NCBI GenBank assembly: GCA_015068735.1
Contig: SVJW01000002.1
Location: 11,438-75,437 of the forward strand
Direction: 5' to 3'
DNA: 64,000 nt
From: Oscillospiraceae bacterium
Lineage (GTDB): Bacteria > Bacillota > Clostridia > UMGS1883
Both the position numbers and the translations under genes were made by a program. Below are positions 59,996-64,000 of this stretch, piece after piece. The stretch's first letter is position 1. The number at the start of each line of letters is the position of its first letter. The notes beneath the pieces were generated by a model. It did not search any database. It was not told the origin of the DNA and worked only from the letters and a program-made list of their open reading frames with translations.

Positions 59996-60949
59996 ATGAA
60001 AAAAGGGAAATCGGAATATCATTCCGTAAAGAATAAAGCGCCGCTTTTGAAAAGATTAAAAAAAGATGTTTTTTCAAATTACGAGCTTTATCTTATGTTA
60101 CTTCCGGTTGTGGCGTTTTATATTATATTTCATTATGCACCAATGTATGGTGTTTTGATGGGATTTCAAGATTACAAGCCGATGCTTGGTATAGAAGGCA
60201 GCCCATGGGTTGGATTTCAACATTTTACTGACTTTTTTAATAGCCCCTATTTTTTCAGGGTAATTAAAAACACATTGACTATCAGCTTGTCGCAGCTCTT
60301 TTTCAGCTTCCCTATGCCAATAATTCTGGCACTGCTTTTAAATGAGGTCAAAACCCGATGGTTCGGACGTACAATTCAGACGGTGACTTACATACCGCAT
60401 TTTATATCCTTAGTGGTTGTGTGTGCGTTGGTACGCGATTTTACATCAGATACAGGTATTATTACTTCAATATTTAAGTTTTTTGGCTATGATGGACGTA
60501 CAATGCTGACTAAACCGGATTTATTCGTTCCGATATATGTTACTTCCGGAATATGGCAGGAGATTGGTTGGAACTCCATTATTTATCTGGCCGCTCTTTC
60601 TGCTGTAGATGCACAGCTTTATGAGGCTGCAGCGATTGATGGTGCAGGTAAATGGAGACAGACAATTCACATTACTCTTCCAAGTATTCTGCCGACCATT
60701 ATTATTTTGCTTATTCTGAAAATGGGCACCCTGTTGAGTGTCGGATATGAAAAAGTGTTGCTTCTTTATAACCCCGGTATCTACGACACGGCAGATGTTA
60801 TATCAACATATGTATATCGCTTAGGTTTTGAAAGTGCCAGCTACAGCGCAAGTACCGCAATTGGTCTTTTTAATTCGCTGGTAAATATTATATTGGTTGT
60901 AATGGCAAATACGTTGAGTAAAAAATTCAGTGAGACATCATTGTTCTAA
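59996..60949 (+). CDS. ABC transporter permease, LplB-like (paralogue of 16770-17720)
   Basis: The EAA loop is YEAAAIDGAGKWRQ. It starts at the second ATG, with a GGAGGG RBS. Confidence 0.8.
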   Translation: MKKGKSEYHSVKNKAPLLKRLKKDVFSNYELYLMLLPVVAFYIIFHYAPMYGVLMGFQDYKPMLGIEGSPWVGFQHFTDFFNSPYFFRVIKNTLTISLSQLFFSFPMPIILALLLNEVKTRWFGRTIQTVTYIPHFISLVVVCALVRDFTSDTGIITSIFKFFGYDGRTMLTKPDLFVPIYVTSGIWQEIGWNSIIYLAALSAVDAQLYEAAAIDGAGKWRQTIHITLPSILPTIIILLILKMGTLLSVGYEKVLLLYNPGIYDTADVISTYVYRLGFESASYSASTAIGLFNSLVNIILVVMANTLSKKFSETSLF

Positions 60950-60963
60950 AGGAGGGATGTAGT

Positions 60964-61845
60964 ATGAAAATTAAAGAAAGTTTGGGTATGAAAGTTTTTC
61001 GCTTTATTAACGGTATAATTTTAACAGCACTGGCTATTGCTTGTGTTTACCCTATGTATCACGTTATTATGGCATCTTTTTCAGATGGCTACAGTCTTCT
61101 TGGTCACAGCGGAGCTTTGATAACTCCATTGAATTTTAATCTTGACGGATATGAAAAACTATTTGAATATCCAATTTTGCTTAAAAGCTACGGTAACACG
61201 CTTTTTATATGCGTTGTACAGCTTGTCTTGAATGTGATTTTAACTTCCTTTGCGGCTTATGCTTTAACAAGAAAGGAACTGCATATACGTCGCTATGTAA
61301 TGTTGTTTATACTGTTTACAATGTACTTTAACGGCGGTATGGTGCCAACATATATGCTTATCAGGGATTTAGGGCTTTTAAATTCGCTCTGGTCTATTAT
61401 TCTTCCGAGTGCATTGACAACTTATAATTTGATTGTGTTGAGAACTGCATTTGCAGCTGTTCCGGAAAGCTTGTATGAATCGGCACGGTTGGATGGTGCA
61501 GGACATTTTCAGATTTTATTTAAAATTTACTTGCCACTGACAAAAGCATCACTTGCAGTTGTAGTGCTTTATTATCTTGTGGCAGCATGGAGCAGCTGGT
61601 TTTCTGCATCTCTTTATTTGGATGATCGTGAAAAATATCCTCTGCAACTACTTCTCCGTGAGATTTTGATTGAGAACGATGCCGGAGAAATGAGTGCAGG
61701 TGTATCGGACTCAGAGAAACAGGCAGTAAGCGAAACACTCAAATACTCAGCCATTGTGATTTCTACTATTCCGATTTTATGTGTGTACCCTTTCTTGCAG
61801 AAATATTTTGCAAAGGGCGTTATGATTGGCGCGGTAAAAGGTTAA
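60964..61845 (+). CDS. ABC transporter permease, LplC-like (paralogue of 17733-18602)
   Basis: The EAA-like loop is ESARLDGAGHF. The C-terminal motif KGVMIGAVKG is identical to that of the first copy. Confidence 0.8.
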   Translation: MKIKESLGMKVFRFINGIILTALAIACVYPMYHVIMASFSDGYSLLGHSGALITPLNFNLDGYEKLFEYPILLKSYGNTLFICVVQLVLNVILTSFAAYALTRKELHIRRYVMLFILFTMYFNGGMVPTYMLIRDLGLLNSLWSIILPSALTTYNLIVLRTAFAAVPESLYESARLDGAGHFQILFKIYLPLTKASLAVVVLYYLVAAWSSWFSASLYLDDREKYPLQLLLREILIENDAGEMSAGVSDSEKQAVSETLKYSAIVISTIPILCVYPFLQKYFAKGVMIGAVKG

Positions 61846-61876
61846 TTTTAATATAAAAAAATAGGAGGAAATGAAT

Positions 61877-63454
61877 ATGAAAAAATTTAAAAAGCTTTTA
61901 GCATTGGCTATGTCACTTGCCTTGGTTGCAGGATGTAGCGGGAAGAAGACTGTAGGAAAAGTCGAGATAGGTGAGGCAAAATACGGTGATACCTATCCCA
62001 TTGAGTCAGAGGTTAAATTAACCCATTGGATGCCTATGAATGCAAAAATTTCTGTAAGTGCTTCAAACTTCGGTGACCTTCCCGTTGCAAAAGAACTTGC
62101 GGAAAGAACAGGTGTTAAGGTTGAATACATTCACCCGTCTCTTACAAATGCAACAGAAAAATTTAATATGATGATTGCCAGTGGTGAACTTCCGGATATT
62201 ATCACATATAACTGGGAGAGTTATCCCGGCGGTCCTGCTAAAGCAATTGAAGACGGTATTATATTGCCGCTTAATGATCTTATTGACGCGTATGCACCTA
62301 ATTTAAAAGCTTTCTATGAAGAAAACCCGGAGTTAGCAGCAGAATGCCGTACAGCAAATGGTGATTATTATTCGGCAGGTATGTTTATGGGCGACAGAAA
62401 GCTTCAGACATCAGCAGGTGTTATAATCAGACAGGACTGGCTTGATGAGTTAGGATTAGAAATGCCTGAAACAATTGAAGAATGGGAAGTTGTACTTCGC
62501 GCTTTTAAAGAAAAGAAGGGGGCAACTGCGCCTTTATCACTGACATTGTCAGCTGTATCAAACGGTGCTTTTACAGGTGCTTTTGGAGTAACAACCAGTT
62601 ATTACCACATAGGAGATACCGTACATTTTGGCCCTATGGAAGATGGCTATAAAGAATTTTTGGAGACAATGCACAGATGGTATAAAGAAGGACTTCTTGA
62701 TCCAAACTTCTCTACTACTGATTCAGCAACAATTACATCAAACATGCTTAATGGTAAAACAGGAGCAATGAATGGAGCTTTAAGCGGCGGTATCGGTTCT
62801 CTGATTAAAGCGTCAACTAATCCTTCAGCTAAGTATGCTGGGGCTCCATATCCCACTCACAAGAAGGGCGAAACACCGATGTTCGGACAGCTTGTTTCGA
62901 ATACACTTCCTCATGCTGCCATTACTACTCAGTGTAAGGATATTGAACTTGCAATGCGCCTTCTTGACTATGGTTACAGCGAAGATGGGCACATGTTTTT
63001 CAACTTCGGTACAGAGGGAGAAACCTACAATATGGTTGACGGCTACCCCACTTATACAGATTTAATTAAGAACAATCCTGATGGTCTTTCTATGGCTCAG
63101 GCAATGACAAAGTATACCATGAACGGTGACAGAAACAGCTTTGTTCAGGACGTACGCTATTTGGAACAGTACGCAGGTCTTCCTGAACAGCAGCAAGCAT
63201 GGGAAACTTGGTGTAATACCGATGCCGTTAAATATGTATTGCCAAATCTGTATATCCCTGAGAATAAAAGCTCAGAATATGCAACTAAATCAACAGCTAT
63301 AAGTTCCTACGTGGATGAAATGTATGTAAAGTTTATTACCGGAACAGAGCCGATTGAGAATTTTGATAAATATGTTAAACAGTTGAAAAAGTTAGGCATT
63401 GAAGATGTCCTTAAGATAAAACAGGAAGCTTATGATGCATACTTGAAACAGTAA
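61877..63454 (+). CDS. ABC transporter solute-binding lipoprotein, LplA family (paralogue of 15208-16746)
   Basis: The lipobox is LVAGCSG. It is about 45% identical to the first SBP by eye. It starts at the second ATG, with an AGGAGG RBS. Confidence 0.8.
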   Translation: MKKFKKLLALAMSLALVAGCSGKKTVGKVEIGEAKYGDTYPIESEVKLTHWMPMNAKISVSASNFGDLPVAKELAERTGVKVEYIHPSLTNATEKFNMMIASGELPDIITYNWESYPGGPAKAIEDGIILPLNDLIDAYAPNLKAFYEENPELAAECRTANGDYYSAGMFMGDRKLQTSAGVIIRQDWLDELGLEMPETIEEWEVVLRAFKEKKGATAPLSLTLSAVSNGAFTGAFGVTTSYYHIGDTVHFGPMEDGYKEFLETMHRWYKEGLLDPNFSTTDSATITSNMLNGKTGAMNGALSGGIGSLIKASTNPSAKYAGAPYPTHKKGETPMFGQLVSNTLPHAAITTQCKDIELAMRLLDYGYSEDGHMFFNFGTEGETYNMVDGYPTYTDLIKNNPDGLSMAQAMTKYTMNGDRNSFVQDVRYLEQYAGLPEQQQAWETWCNTDAVKYVLPNLYIPENKSSEYATKSTAISSYVDEMYVKFITGTEPIENFDKYVKQLKKLGIEDVLKIKQEAYDAYLKQ

Positions 63455-63491
63455 TAAATAAGAAAGAATTTTGTAAAACCAGGTGATTAAT

Positions 63492-64000
63492 ATGAAACAG
63501 CTTACAGCCATTGTATTAGGTTATGGTTTAAGAGGGCAGGCTTATACTGAATATGCCATAAGAAACCCTCAGGAATTAAAGATTGTGGCAGTTGCAGATA
63601 AAGAAGAGTCAAAACGTAACTTTGCAAGGGAGCGTCACAATTTGCCTGATGATATGATGTTTGATGATTGGAAAAATCTTGCGGCACTTCCTAAAATGGC
63701 AGATTTTGCAATTATTACAACCCAGGACAAGATGCATGTAGAGCCCGCACTCGCGTGCATAGAAAAAGGTTATAACCTGCTGCTTGAGAAGCCGATTGCG
63801 CCTACTGCAGAGGAGTGTAAAAAAATCACTTTGGCAGCCGAAAAGAAAGGTGTTAAGGTAATTGTATGTCATGTACTCAGATTTACTGCGCTGTTTCAAA
63901 TAATAAAAGATATTATTGACCGTGGTGAGATTGGTGATGTTACATCTATAATACATACGGAAAATGTGGGTAATTTACACTACAGTCACAGCTATGTGCG
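63492..64000 (+). CDS. Partial CDS (N-terminal 169 aa): Gfo/Idh/MocA-family oxidoreductase, continues beyond window
   Basis: The Rossmann motif is AIVLGYGLRGQAY and the EKP motif is LLLEKPIAPT. Confidence 0.7.
   Translation, partial: MKQLTAIVLGYGLRGQAYTEYAIRNPQELKIVAVADKEESKRNFARERHNLPDDMMFDDWKNLAALPKMADFAIITTQDKMHVEPALACIEKGYNLLLEKPIAPTAEECKKITLAAEKKGVKVIVCHVLRFTALFQIIKDIIDRGEIGDVTSIIHTENVGNLHYSHSYV

Noticed and set aside
1-64000. CRISPR arrays, rRNA genes, IS elements or transposases
   Set aside because: No regularly spaced direct repeats, no rRNA-like conserved blocks and no transposase or integrase-like ORFs were seen. The only repeats are the 9-bp tandem at 50373-50391, the codon repeat at 25397-25460 and protein-level domain duplications.

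Overview
This 64 kb window from a low-GC Gram-positive (Clostridia-like) chromosome has two parts. Positions 1-12.6 kb carry, all on the minus strand, the conserved yloC-remA-gmk-rpoZ-priA-def-fmt-(Zn peptidase)-rsmB-rlmN-stp-prkC housekeeping cluster, a malic enzyme gene and a GH105 hydrolase gene. A strong yloC promoter and intrinsic terminators are recognisable. From 12.8 kb onward nearly everything is on the plus strand and is accessory carbohydrate metabolism, as follows. A membrane-anchored one-component AraC sensor is followed by an LplABC-type oligosaccharide ABC importer. Then comes a run of six large secreted proteins (18.6-33.9 kb) that includes two SLH-anchored (S-layer-type) proteins, a CE4 deacetylase, a CE12 SGNH esterase with duplicated beta-sandwich modules and a beta-propeller protein. 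These are followed by rhamnose mutarotase, a GH106-like putative alpha-L-rhamnosidase, a large unknown protein and three consecutive amide-bond hydrolases (M81/MlrC-like, NagA-like, neutral-ceramidase-like) plus an EamA exporter. At 46.9-50.9 kb sits an AT-rich, gene-poor islet on the opposite strand, carrying a Rep_trans-like initiator and a Schlafen-like AlbA_2/HATPase protein; I read it as a decayed mobile element with a possible defence cargo. The window ends with a second sugar-acid-type catabolic locus: a degenerate and two canonical Gfo/Idh/MocA oxidoreductases, an enolase-superfamily enzyme, a C-N hydrolase, an AraC regulator, a TIM-barrel isomerase, a NagB-like deaminase, a second GH105, and a second LplBCA importer in inverted gene order. 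No rRNA, tRNA or CRISPR array was seen. The notable gaps are that no recognisable polysaccharide lyase accompanies the two GH105 genes, and that most of the big secreted proteins have no assignable catalytic domain. The most likely location of undescribed biology is therefore the surface-anchored secreted cluster, the triple-amidase cluster, and the enolase/Gfo-Idh/CN-hydrolase pathway.
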